A stretch of 63,711 bases of DNA, counting the filler, from Collodictyon triciliatum (taxonomy: Eukaryota), in assembly GCA_043381765.1 (NCBI GenBank). It is 12 parts of 12 records of this genome, joined end to end, with 100 filler letters (N's around TTAATTAATTAA, not from the genome) between each part and the next. Parts side by side here need not be neighbours in the genome. Positions count along the whole stretch, not along the records: positions 10,642 to 15,879 come from JBHJMP010005374.1; positions 15,980 to 21,198 come from JBHJMP010005375.1; positions 21,299 to 26,518 come from JBHJMP010005376.1; 9 more parts are not named here. The stretch is one strand, 5' to 3'. The translations under genes were made by a program, and so were the position numbers. Shown here piece by piece: positions 10,837 through 24,055 of this stretch; within the stretch, counting starts at the first letter, position 1, and each line of letters opens with the position of its first letter. The notes below the pieces were generated by a model that had not been told where the DNA came from, made no database searches, and saw only the letters and a list, made by a program, of their open reading frames with translations.

Positions 10837-13800
10837 GCAAACACGCCAAAGAATCTGCCGAAAACTACGCGTCTGACGCCAAGGCCATCGCCCGCTACAG
10901 GTTTCCATGGATCAGACAGAGGCAAAAGAGGACCACGTAAGGCCAACTTCCAAGCATCATCCTTCTTCCCATCCAAAACGCGCAATCCAGAGAAAAGACG
11001 CCGCAAACTCACACACAGCCCTGATTGCAAACAGACAACCGCGAGCAACCAACAACCAAGCGCTGCTTTCTCTCCGCGCGCAGAGTCGTCCCAAACACAC
11101 TCCGATCATGGATCACACCACGCAAACGTCCACCAGGCACATCCGCTTCTTTACAACTTCGAGGCGGACCATTCTGCTCAGACCTTTGCGCGCGATTCCA
11201 TCGGCGATCCCCACAATCACCACACCCACTCGGCGCTGCCCAAAGTCGACGAACTGCCGCCGATCGATCTGGAAACCCACCACGCTCATCAGGTTCAAGC
11301 GCTCACACACCCGCGCATCGATTCCAACTCAGCGCCGCAGAAAGCATCCGGCTCGAGTTCACCGCCTCTGTCGCCTTCTGTCATTCGACCGCACCATTTT
11401 GCAGGCGATGAAGGTGATGATAATGATAATGATAATGATAATGAGGACGACGATGAAAATGAAAATGATAATGATAATGATAATAAAGCAACTGCTTCAC
11501 TTGAATATGCGGCACGAGACTCTGCAGCTTCGGAGAAATCTTCCATTACCCGACAGAGTGTCCAACATGTCTCGGGGTCTTCGGGTAGTCAGAAGCCATC
11601 GTCTCCTCCACGATGTAGAAAAAAGCTACCGCCCCAGCCGAAGAACGCTAATCCGCAGCATGCTTCTACAGGAGGTGCTGGTATGGTCGATGGCCAAGTA
11701 GCCTCCATAAACTATCCTGAACTCATCAGCAATGCACGGCAGCGATCCAGTTCCGGTTTTTCCTCCGGCAAAGGCTTTTCTTGGGGTGCCGGGCTTGTAC
11801 GGAAGCTGCGCTCATATTCGTGGGTGTTCAGATAAATACATGAAGCTATCTCCCAGTATATCTTCATTTTTCAATTTCTATTTTCTTCTCCAATAATATC
11901 AAATAAGGTAACAATATGATGCTGCAGCAAAAACTTATTCTCCTGTATAGTTTTATAATGACCAATTTTCTGTTCATAGCGTTCTTGATAGGATAGCATC
12001 GAGTTTTGCAAGTCCGACAGAGTCTGTGATAGACAGACTTCTGGAATCAGAGAATGTAGTTGTGGAGGACTTTCTCCTATATGAAGACCTTATGGTTGAA
12101 TTCACCAGCCACAACAAATCTCTTTTGCAATTGTAAGTTCACTGTCTTTCCGATATCAAAAGTCTAAACGTAGGACAATGACAACTTTTCTTACTTTGTA
12201 CTTTATTTTTTTTTCATGCTATGCAAGATTGGGAGATTCAGATAATGCATTCTAAATATCATAAACATGACTTCCATCATATGCTTAGTGACCTCATTTT
12301 CTTTTCGGAAAAAAAAAACTCTTATTATTCATAGCTTGAGCAGAATGGAAAGCCTGAGCAATTTGATTAGTTACGTAATCACACCATGCAACGACCAATC
12401 TCTCACTGCAAGGTTTGCAAATAGTGTTCATTTGTAGAATATGATTACACTGCTTATTTGTTTGCATAGTTGTCATGTGTACCCTGCATAGATATGCTGA
12501 TGTCTCCTTCGAGTTGCTTCACTCTGGAGATCTTGCCCTGTTGCATACTCTATTCCAGAATGGAACGTTATTGTGGGACTGCTTCCTGGCAGTGCTGACC
12601 ACCAAGGACCCTCTGAGTCCACGAGTAGCGTCTCAATTCACACGTCTCCTTTCAAAGTTCTTCTCTATCAAACCACGCGAGGTATAAATGACAAATAAAT
12701 GGTGAAGCAAAGCATAAAGTATCCATTTTTTGAAATTTTAATTGCTAAAGAGTCCTTGTGATACATGTTCATTCTATCAGACATGGTACCAAATTCGACG
12801 AACTGGAAGCTTCCGGTTGCTATTGAATCATATATCTGAGCCTGCAATGCTGTCTATGCTTCAATCTTTCGTCGTTGTGCTTCATTTGGTCCCTTCACCC
12901 GAATGTGTTGTCGTGATTGATGTATGTTTTTTTTTTAAAAAAAAAAATAAAAAAATTCTGGACAAAAGTCTTTTGAGCTTGAAAATTTCTATCGTTATTT
13001 TCTCGGTATCATGAGGAACGTCTGCTGACTGACTATTTCATACACTTTGTTTCATGAAACCCGAAGGAATGGAAGAAAGCCAATCCGATAATCGATTGCG
13101 TTCGCGCGTTCCATGATGCTACAAATGCTGAAGTACGCTATTAAATTTTACAACTTTTTGTATATACGCTCAAATTAAGGAAATAAAAGAAACTATTATC
13201 TTGTTTGTATTAGATACTTTAATTAATCTTCTTTCTGTAGGACCATACCAACCTCTGTATTTTGATTAAAGAACTACTGGAATCACATGGTCTCTATTCC
13301 AGCTCTGTTATGCATATGTGTTCAAAGGTCTATATGGACTTATTCTTGGAGGCAATTTTCACAGGCGTAAGTGCTCTACATATATTTGTGGGCGAAAAGT
13401 GTGCATTTTCTCTATCTTTTTTTCTCTTATTTTCTAAGGTTTACGGATAGCATATTCATACTGAATCCCTCTATTGAATAGCATGCTTAAATCGAGATTT
13501 CACACCTTGTCAATAAACAAGCTAATATAAATAAAAAAATACAACCGTAGCCATTCAGCAGCTTGAAAAACGGTTTACCCGTATTGTCCTTCTTAATGTC
13601 GAATTACTTCAAATTACAAAAATCCACGGAAGCTCCACCACATTTTGAATGTTTTGTACCTCATCTTCGCACAATATCAAATATGTTAGACCTTGCACCC
13701 ACCGTACGTATCCTATTAACAAATTTGCACAGAAAAAGCATTAAAAGAATCGCAAAACGAGTAAATTCGGTTTATATTGACAACTGTTTCTTTTTTTGCG

Positions 13801-15067
13801 TCCAGAAAAAGTTTACAAATTCTGTGGAAACTTATGACCCTCCACTCGGGTATAAATAATTTCAAAAGAATAAGATATTCTAAAATATGCATGATGCTTC
13901 TTCCGATTTATCTCTTTTTTCTTTGAGATAAACTTAAAAAATTGGGTTTGTATCGGTTTGTTTAAATGAGGAATTTCCCTCTTATAACAGAACTATCCGC
14001 TTCAATTTGATTGAAGTTGTGGAAATTCTGACAAGGTGTAACTCACCAAAAGTGCACGAGAAGATAATTGAATACAGCATTCTGGATAAGATAATAGTAC
14101 AATTTAATATATTTAAAAAGAAGTAGATAATCTAAAATATATAAGGGCATGATGTACTGAATGATATGCTTTTTTTTTGTTTTTGTTAATCTCTCCATTA
14201 TTCTCCTTCGAAAATAGAACAATCTGTATTGTTTATTTACTCTTAAGTCAAACTCGCATGTAGAATTTGTTCTTTAAATACACATGGAACAATCTCTTGC
14301 ACAATCGTGTTGTCTACATCATCCACCATGCATTCGAATATCAATATGAAGAAATCATTCCTGCGGTTTGTTATTTTTCCCCTCTTTTTCTCAGCTAGCT
14401 AAATTAGAACTATACAAATTTCCATTATATATATAAAAGAAAAGGCAAATTAGCCATATGAATAAATATAATTGCAAATTACATAGCTTTTTCGTCCGTC
14501 CCTTAATTTGCTCGAGCGGCTGGTTGACCACGCCACTATCCCAAGGTAAACCACACTATTTTTTTTTTAATGAATATATAGTATTCAGTCTTTTGTTTCA
14601 TCAATATGTCTGTTAACCTTTTTTCTTTATTTTTACCAAGGGTATGAAAATAAAAATTTAAAGATAAGTCAATCTTCAAACATGTATTTTAGAGGGAAAA
14701 GTGGTTGCGCTGAGCAAATTATGCAGATAATCGGAATAATAGAGACTGCAGCCGACGATAGCCAGCTGGTCTTGAAGCACACATCAGGCAATTTGATTCG
14801 TCTTGTTGAACAACCCAAGAAATAATTCAAAATATGTGATATCTTTTCTCTTTTCTTTTCTTTCCTCCCTTTCACTCTGCAATGGCTTTATATGAGCGCA
14901 CACTTACATGTCTTTAATGCACTCCAAAAGCAAATGCAAAGTGGACAAGGTTTGTGGAGTCTGTGGCCGAACGTGACGGGGAGGTTGATGAATCCGACAG
15001 TGGGAATCATCCGAAACCTGGGGAGCATCGGAAAAGCATCACACGGTTCACTCCTCCGCGGTGGTGA
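10837..15067 (+). CDS. SIT4-associated protein (SAPS/PPP6R family) PP6 regulatory subunit, 5'-truncated, many exons
   Basis: SPTESVIDRLLESENVVVEDFLLYEDLMVEFTSHNKSLLQF matches the SAPS N-terminus; ETYDPPLG..RFNLIEVV, LFFKYTWNNLLH and WTRFV are family-like motifs. Long His/Asp/Asn-rich N-terminal extension. Confidence 0.8.
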
Positions 15068-18000
15068 TTCGCATAGCGTGAATAGCAAAAAAATAATATT
15101 TTTCTTAAAAGATGTTCTTTTATCAATAACTTCATTCCTTCGTCAGCTCTTCCTCCTCTTTTGAATACAAATATTACCCTATCATATGATTCATATTTTT
15201 TTTTTTTTTTGCTTCAAACTTTACTCCATGATACCAATATTCATAAGGATGCATCCAGAGGAAAGTGACATGCGGATAGAGAGGAGAACATCCTCTTTCA
15301 TTTCCTAAAATTGCGCCATTAAAAAACCATTTCGTATCAAAATTCTTACAAATCTTGCATTTTCATATCCCTCTTCGCTGAAACACATATGAAAAAAATA
15401 AAATAAGAATAAACACACATCATCATATTTTTCTTCAAAAGGCTGCATATTTTACTTATCATTATCATATGAGAATTTATGTGCCTCTCCGGGTTCACAT
15501 GAATACGATTTGAAGGAGCAAAACCCGCAAGGAAGATAAGAAAATAAAAAAAAATGGCTTTAGGGTATGACTCATCAAAAAGCACGTCTGATGCATCTGA
15601 TGATATCGCCATTTCAAGTTTAACCAAAGTGTCGTGTCTCCTGCTATGCAGCCTATTGTGGGCAACTCCTTTCAAAAAGAAAAAGAAAAAGAAAAAGAAA
15701 AAGAAAAAGAAAAAGGGAAAGAAAAAGAAAAAAGAAAAAAGAAAAAAGAAAAAAAGGGAAAGTAATAATGGGCTCTAGATTCGCCCGTGTCCTTTCCCTC
15801 TAGACTTGATAGATATATAGGCAGTCTGATTACCCTTAGCGGCGTTTCTGAGAGGGGGAGTTGTGGTATTCGATGTAGTNNNNNNNNNNNNNNNNNNNNN
15901 NNNNNNNNNNNNNNNNNNNNNNNTTAATTAATTAANNNNNNNNNNNNNNNNNNNNNNNNNNNNNNNNNNNNNNNNNNNNTTTTTTATTGTTTTTTATTGT
16001 TTTTTATTGTTTTTTATTGTTTTTTATTGTTTTTTATTGTTTTTTTATTGTTTTTTTATTGTTTTTTTATTGTTTTTTATTTGTTTTTTTATTGTTTTTA
16101 TTCGACTCTATTGAATTCATAAATATTACTCTAAATCATCGCTCTATGGCTATTGAAATAGCACATTCAGAATTGCGAATACATAGAGTTGTGAAAAAAT
16201 TATTCATTATTCTTCAATTATCCAGTCTCCCAAAGAACGGGGACAACTCTATTGAGCACAAACATCTATATGAATTATCATCCCAAATCTATGTGACACT
16301 AGGGTGAGACTCTGCGATGCACTCTCGGGATTAGTGCAGCTTTCAGCTTATCCAAGAGATATTTGGACCCAGCATAAACGGTGTCCAGAAACAAAAGGCA
16401 CTATGTGGAGCCATGTTAGTTTTTTTTCTATCAAGTCCATAGATGGCTCATGCGTCTCCAAACCAACCTTCTTCAATCATACACCATATTTGATGACGAT
16501 ACGCTAAATTACATCAAGTAGACATTTTATCTTAATTGCTGTCTTGCTATCTTTATATGTTTAAACAATCATGGCAGGTAGCAATTAGGAAACCTGAGCC
16601 AAATGAATATTGATTTCCAAATAGATTCGCTGTTATTTACCCATATATCCTGTCGATATGTTGCCTCACTCGCCCAAATCCAATCGTCTCCGCTATTCCT
16701 CAATCGTCTTTTCTCTTCAATCATCAGGCACAAACCATCTACCATCTGTAATGCGCACAATTGCCTCTTTTTTTGTAAAAGTATTGATGAGGGTGGGGCT
16801 GTTTTAATTAAATATAGAAAGACATACAATATTGTTGCATCTAATCTACATATGATACGATACTCCATCGCGTGCTTTTGTAAATTGACAAAGAGTGGCA
16901 ACATTAATTGAGTGCAGTAAGGGTTCGCGAATATAAAAAAAGCATGAGATGAAATATTACGCTAGGTATATTTAATACATTTCTCAGGTCTTTGATTTCC
17001 TTAAATTTTAATATTACATTAGTTAAATTTTCCAATTTATAATATTTCCAGATTTGATTAGTTTCGGTTTTCTACGAGAATTCTTAGAATTTTTTCGAAA
17101 TAAGATACTAAAACTTATAATTCAGTAAAAACGAACCAATGCGAAGAAAGTTTTTTCCTAATTAGGGTGATAAATTAGCCACAATTCTTGAATCATTCAA
17201 AGAAATAGACCAAATTCTTAATAAAAGACACTGCACCTTTTAGATAACTAGCGCCATTTTAACCAACGTTGCTGTTCTGTTTCGGGTCATTAGCTATTTT
17301 TACTATCATCATAGCATTCAGTAGCCCCGATTCCTTGAACTTGTGGGTTGTTCTTGATTAGCGCATGCGGTGGATGTGTGCATTCTGAATACCGAACATG
17401 TAATGAAATTCTGTGAAATATGTATTTATAATTATTAATGCAACATGCGATTTAATAATTGCATCATAATTAATTAAATAGATTAATAATGTCAAAAAAA
17501 TTTAATGAACTATATAATATCCGCTTTTGTGTATTTTAGATCATTTCTATTTATGGAATTATTTGGATGCATTTGGCTCAGTTCAATCTGCTTTTGTTCA
17601 AATTTACGCATTATGGAAGTTTTTTTTAATTTGCCTTTCCCACTTACTATTATATCAACAAAGAAGCAAAGCTGCAGAGTTTCTGTCAGAATAATAAATA
17701 TGCTGCGTATGCCTCAGGGATGTATGGGCAATAAGGACGGAAATCAACGAGTGGCTGAGCAGAAGCCTCAAAACTCGCAAATTATAACAAATGAAATGAG
17801 AGATGGTTGGGAAATGCCGAGCTTGCGACTGTCTGGTCTCCTCTAATATTTGTTCAGCTTGCATGAGGAAGATCTTGAACTCTAATAAGAACCCTCACAT
17901 GCTCGTCGATGAGGATATCAAACTTGAGTCGCTTATTTCATTTGTATTTTCAGATTTGGACGCAACTTTGTAGTGGACTTCTCGAGATAAGTGACAAGCT

Positions 18001-18079
18001 CTACGGCTTTCGCGACGCTGACAAAGCCCATTCTTGGAGTGACCAGGATTACAACCGGTTTGATGGTGGTGAAGCTCTT

Positions 18080-18884
18080 TGAGCTCAGCCTTGATCTGTC
18101 GGGAATTGATGCGAGTGTCGTAGTTTCTATCCCAGCGTATGTGGTTCAGAACTGCGAGTCAAGAAGGACATGATGCGATGGGAGAGAGGAGGAAATTCAC
18201 CGCCCGTGGCTCTTGTGCTGACCTCATTCTATAGTGATGGCTCATACTAATATACTTTACTCAAGATAGATCAGAAGACCTCCTCATACGAGTTGATGTC
18301 ACTAGGCAGCCCAATACCTTTCCAATCTCGAAAGGCCTCGTGAGGCGACCAGTTCTTTGAGTCTTTGAAGCCACTCACCTAGTTGATGGACGCGCCAATT
18401 TTACAAGGCTGATGTCGTTCAGCTCGAAAATGCCGTTCACAAGCAGGAAGTTTTAGATCTTGAGGTCACGGCGCTGGATGAACCTTCGGCCATGTGAATG
18501 CAGGTATAAAAGGCCTTGGATTGTATGCAGGAAATATTTGAAGTGATGTCACCTCTAAGTGCCATGTAATTTTTTTATGAACAAGCAGAGCTCTTCGACT
18601 TCTGCAAACTCCATGGAAAGAGCAGGTCGTTGCCCCAGAATCCGAAGTCGTAGAACGCCATGTTGTTTGGGGGATGCTGCAGCTCGAACATGATGCTGCC
18701 CTTTTTCTCGGCCAGAGCCTTTGGCAGCTGCAAAGAGAGATATGTCACTCACCCTTCTTAACGGTAAAGAGGCTCTCCTTCGACTACACCTCAAGACCAA
18801 ACCAAAGGCAGCCGTGCCCAATATATTTTTCATGTTTCTCTCAAAGTATGTGGTCAAGAACTCCGTGTTTTTTCTGAGAGGCAT
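18080..18884 (-). pseudogene. Protein kinase pseudogene
   Basis: Kinase motifs occur in order across frameshifts and stops: LGTAAFGLV, TVKK, LQHP, MEF, IQGLLYLHSH..IQRRDLKI*NFLL, NDISLVK, WSPHE, SDINSY, WDRNYDTR. Confidence 0.75.
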
Positions 18885-20539
18885 GTAGTAGGTGATGGGT
18901 CGTATGAGTGAGATGTTTCATGGAGGGTAGTCAGGAAATGGATTGCGAAGGACGAAAAAATTATTAACTTGCTGATTCTTCGTTTTTATGCGTTTCTCAA
19001 TGTTGCAGGTTCTATCTGGGATATCGACCTGAGGGGAGTATGTTGGCCGTGTAGTATCTCGTATGTACGTGTGCCTACATGTAATAGATTTGTCAAGCGT
19101 GGTTGTGTTTCTAACTATCATATCCTATATTTTTTCGGAAAGAAGTGATGAGATGCCACACGATGCCCTTCTTATGGCTTGTCTGCAAGTGTGTTTCATC
19201 CATAGCTTCAGATTTATGGGCGCTTGAATTTGTGTTGTAAGGCTCTCCTTTTGCGCACATCACTGTACGGGTCTTTTTATTCCAACATCAATGAAAATAT
19301 ATCGTGTTGTATTAGACACCAAATTGTTTTAGTTTGTCAAAGATGGTTTTTCTTACGAGAATAAAACTTATTCCAAAGTCGCATTGCATTTATCTGTCAA
19401 CGGGAAAATCCTGGCTAGTATAAGGTTAACTTTTTTTTAATTTTTTAATTTAAATTGTAGTAGCTGTACAATCGCGGAGCCTTTAAAAGAGAAATTTCGG
19501 GAAACTACCAGATCTTTACAAGCTCTTCAGAAATATCTGTTCGGTTAGACGTCATGACAAGAATGAGGCGGGGACTGTGCAGGCGAGTGCGCTGGATTTT
19601 TGTGAGTGTCTTGCATACTTTTATTTGTTAAGTGAATGCGCGTGACAGAACACACAAAAAGAGCGGCACGGCTGCGTAAGGGACATAGATACTTATAAGT
19701 GTTGTTAGGGGTGGGACTGACTGTCGAAAAAGAAAAAAATAGTTGAACAAATCAGTCCGATACTCGTTTTTAATCAAAAAAAAAACCTTTCCTGGTGGTA
19801 AATGTTTAGCTCCGACCTGACATCAAAATATGCATACAAGTGGGTGTATTTTCATTCAGCCATTGTCCTACCGTGCTGTTGGTAGCAGCATGCCTCACAA
19901 TTTAACGGATATTTCGTGGTGATTGCTATGGTTAATGTAATTTGCTATTTAATGAATTTCAATATCTAATTAACTATCATATATATTTTTGCTTTCGCTC
20001 TGTGCAGGATGAGCGGCGTTGCTTTGGTTCGCTAGCCTTTATTTGGACGGACATCACTTGGACATGTCGGTGCACAAGTAAATATCTATCGATTAATTAT
20101 CATTTTATACACCCATTTCAATTTTTTTGACTATATATCAAAAACTCCTAAATTTTCTATCAGTCGGTTTTTTATCATTATGAATTTGGGTGGAATCGAA
20201 TGGGTTGTATCGCACGTGTGAACACTAAAATAATTTACTAAAGATTTTCCAACCCAATTGCACACTCGCATCGATTACGACGTGAAATCCAATAAATTGG
20301 TATTGAGCAAATGGAGGGATAAATGCATTTTTTCAACGAGTTCATCCCATTCGACCAGACAGACCAGTTAAGATTCTCCAATGTACGACTGAATGTATTA
20401 AGTTGCTTTTTTTTTTTACACCAAAGACGGTCAAACACACTCAACTGTCCGCATTTTCTCGATGACTATTCCATATTCCAAGCTGTTTCGATATGAAATC
20501 ACCAGTCCGAATCATTACATACTGTAGAAAATAAGTTGA

Positions 20540-20879
20540 TTGGCCGATATTATAGGCATTATTGAGCCGCCGATAGTCAAAAGCTGGAAGCAAGCCCGCA
20601 CGTCCCAGCTACTCTGACCGCAAGCGAAGGGAAATGTGGGAATGTGTCGTGCGATATCTCCCACAGTATATCCAACCCCTGCTACGCACGCAACCAATCA
20701 ACCACTTGGGACGCCCTCCTGACCAACTTGCTATCACCGATTTGTTTCCGGTACCATCATATCCATAGTTGCGTCTTCTCCTACTCGCGTTTGCTCTACC
20801 ATGCACAGCTATCTCGCCTCTTGTATGGCATAACCTTGTTATACTTTGAATCGAATAAAGGGAAGTAGTGAAAAAAAAA
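20540..20879 (+). mobile_element. Diverged LINE ORF2 C-terminus/3'UTR relic with AATAAA and A-tail
   Basis: LADII...HV.SYSDRKRREMWE aligns with LNDII...HVLYYSDPVRRDMWKE of the relic at 52297-52966. Its 3' end (TACTTTGAATCGAATAAAGGG) recurs at 58693-58713. Confidence 0.6.
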
Positions 20880-21298
20880 GGGCTATGTCGAGATATGCAA
20901 ATAAGATGGGCTTCACAAACAAAAACAAAAAATGCATTCTAATTAAAAAAAGATTTATCAACTCGCTTCAAAACTGAACCAAGTCGTGTCATTATGATGT
21001 AAAAAAAAATTATTAATGACACTTGCAAAGACTCCATCACACATAAACCACCGTTTTGTTGAGTTTGTGGTATCTCATAGGAAATGTAATCAACAGAAAT
21101 GCCAATATGTGCATTAAATATAACTACCATCATTATCACTCACTGCTGTGCGTTATGCTCTGTTCATTTATGCATCTTTCATATTTTTGTTATACTTTNN
21201 NNNNNNNNNNNNNNNNNNNNNNNNNNNNNNNNNNNNNNNNNNTTAATTAATTAANNNNNNNNNNNNNNNNNNNNNNNNNNNNNNNNNNNNNNNNNNNN

Positions 21299-21330
<32 letters not shown>

Positions 21331-21371
21331 GTCTACTATGCTCGACCAAAAAAAAAAGTAGAATATATAAA

Positions 21372-21717
21372 CTTTTCTCAACAAATATAACATGGCATAG
21401 TGCGGCAAGGGGAGTTGTCTGTAGAAAAAGCTTAAGGTTGTCAAAGTGTTTTACCCCCCGAAGAAGGTATCCTCTTTATCGGTGCCTGTGTTGTACAAGG
21501 CTGACGTGTCTAGTGAGATACAATCTGCAAGTTACATTCTTGCCGACGATCGCGGAGGGGACGCGAAGATGGGGAAAAAAAGGGAAAGGAAAACACGGCA
21601 AAGGAGGGAGAGTTGTGATCATGTTGCGACAAGAGTGGTCTAGATTTCCTTTGGATCATAGTACGTGTGCTATTCAACAGTAAAGCCGTGTGTCTTAGAC
21701 TTACTCAGCAGCTCCAT
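21372..21717 (-). CDS. Possible 5' exons of an unknown gene, divergent from the tRNA, truncated by contig end
   Basis: GT-AG splicing gives MELLNCISLDTSALYNTGTDKEDTFFGGQLPLPHYAMLYLLRK, with a strong GTAAGT donor after the first exon. No recognisable family. Confidence 0.3.
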
Positions 21718-21851
21718 CGTCGCTCCAGGCTTGCTTGGTTGTGGCGGAAAGATTAGCATTGTTGCCACAAATCAGTCAAATCAACAATCCAATTAAAGAG
21801 TTCGTAACATATATGATTCATATTGTTTAAATTCTCACAGACATGCGCGAA

Positions 21852-21923
21852 GGCTCTATGGTGTAACGGTTAGCACTCTGGACTTTGAATCCAGCAATCG
21901 CAGTTCAAATCTGCGTAGGGTCA
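21852..21923 (+). tRNA. tRNA-Gln (anticodon TTG)
   Basis: Acceptor GGCTCTA/TAGGGTC, D-arm TGGTGTAACGGTTAGCAC, anticodon arm CTGGA-CTTTGAA-TCCAG, T-arm CGCAG-TTCAAAT-CTGCG; T-run (Pol III terminator-like) about 11 nt downstream. Confidence 0.95.
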
Positions 21924-22063
21924 GATGGGAATCATTTTTTGTATCTTCGCACTTCGTGATTCTTCTCTTGGGCTGTGTGGTTTCTGTTGCGAGCCCCTGA
22001 ATCAGGCCTGATTGTGGGTGGCGGATTTTATTTTGTCGGTCCCTGGGCGATGCCGGGGAGATT

Positions 22064-22339
22064 TTATGCGCGCTTGACTTTCACTTTCTTTTTGGGTTCT
22101 CTTTTGTTCTTTGTATTCTTGGGGGCCTTGGGCTTATGTCCGGCGACATCCTCGTGGTCGCTGTCGTCACTGTTTTCATCTACCATGCTCATCTTCTGAA
22201 GGCTGTCCAAAACATCAGCCTGGGAAATGGGTGTAAAGGGGAAAGTTGGCATGTTTCTTGATCTAGGATGCGTTGTGGCATACGGAACCATTCTACTTTA
22301 TTTTTGTTTTTTTTTTTTTTGTTTTTTTTTTTTTTTTTT

Positions 22340-22383
<44 letters not shown>

Positions 22384-23929
22384 TTTTTTGTTTTTTTTTT
22401 TTTTTTTGTTTTTTTTTTTTTGTTTTTGTTTTTTTTTTTTTTTTGTTTTTTTTGTTTTTTGTTTGTTTTTTGTTTTGTTTTTGTATTGTATTGTATTGTA
22501 TTGTATTGTATTGTATTGTATTGTATTGTATTGTATTGTATTGTATTGTATTGTATTGTATTGTATTGTATTGTATTGTATTGTATTGTATTGTATTGTA
22601 TTGTATTGTATTGTATTGTATTGTATTGTATTAAGACAAACCTGTCTCTGGGTCACTTTGGTTGTACCGGTTCTAGAACTGAAACGTCTGAAGGTGGATA
22701 TAGATGCAGGATTTAGGTCGAGGAAAATCGTCAAGTCAAATGTAGCTTTGTATTATTGTTTTGTTTTTGTTTTTGAAAAGATAAACCAAATCAAACCAAA
22801 TCAAATCAAACCAAACCAAACCAAACCAAAACAAAACAAACCAAAACAAAACAAAACAAAACAAAACAAGAGAAACGAAAATATCACCACATTACCTCCA
22901 TACATCCCCGTTTTCCGAAGAATCCCAGACACGTGCTCCACGTTTTTCACCTCCCATTGCAATACAAAATGGGTTGTTTGGACAGAAACTGACAGAAAAG
23001 ATCGACCCCTGCCGTAATAAAACAGCAAAATTTAAGATGAGGGCTTGTGAGGGTTAAGTAAAAAAAAAAAAACTAGCAATTTCGTAACATTAATCATGAC
23101 CGCATTCCGCCTAAACACTGCCACGGCAGTATGTGCGAATTGTTACAATAGATGTGCCTTACCATATCCAGTTCTCGAGAAAAGACGCAAGTTGGGCGAT
23201 TGTCGAGAATATCCCACACTTTAATGTGTTTGTCGATAGATCTGATTGTTAAAAAAATCAATCAAATTTACCAAATTACAAAGTGATCATCAGTTTTAAG
23301 TCGCAACCCTATACCAGAATCATCTATGAATTAGAAATCAAGGTTTTGAGGTTTAATTACGATGTAACGAGCATCCCAGGTATTGTTGGGTTCAGCGATA
23401 TACTCGAGACTGCCTGGTTGTGGGCACTAATTATACGCCATAGTGAGTGTAAAGTAACATCCTGCAACAGTACATGATAATCAAGCTGAATGAATTTTGA
23501 ATTGATGCAAGAGGAAAACATCGAGCAGAAATATCTCGAAATGTACCTTAATGTAAAAAGTGGGGATGCGCCTGGTTTTCTTGCGTCACACAAGGTGACA
23601 GTGCCGTCTTCATAACTTACCTATGTGGAATAGAGAATGGACATTTATTATTTTGTGGTAACATACCAATAAAAATAAAACTTGCTGAAAAGGCTACGGG
23701 GAACATTCATTTCATATACTTTTATATATCAACCTTTGAGAAAATAAATGTATGCAGATTACCAAGAATTGCTCGGGAGAGTGAGGATTCCAAGCAAGGG
23801 ACTCAACATCAGATGTTCCTGTCCATCGGCCAACAGAATCAGGTGAACGACAATCGACAACGCAAACCTTTAATTTTTACAACAAATGTGTTAAATTCTT
23901 AAGACCTCAAAAAAAAATAATTTCGCTGT

Positions 23930-23978
<49 letters not shown>

Positions 23979-23979
23979 N

Positions 23980-24055
<76 letters not shown>

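Noticed and set aside
10907-11701. 264-aa ORF as an independent gene
   Set aside because: An alternative frame of the GC-rich SAPS 5' exons; the frame continuing into the SAPS domain is different.
16569-16911. Overlapping ORFs with a faint RT-like SPLFLN motif
   Set aside because: No QG or YADD motifs or other support; cannot be distinguished from chance.
18400-18570. In-frame stops suggesting an alternative genetic code (also 38776, 52582)
   Set aside because: Confined to pseudogene, dead-exon or transposon sequence with other lesions; intact exons have no internal stops, and the tRNA-Gln anticodon is TTG, not a suppressor.
22189-23017. Long low-complexity ORFs (poly-F/K, YCIVL); similar ones at microsatellites and N gaps (60111-61048)
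   Set aside because: Translations of intronic simple repeats or of Ns.
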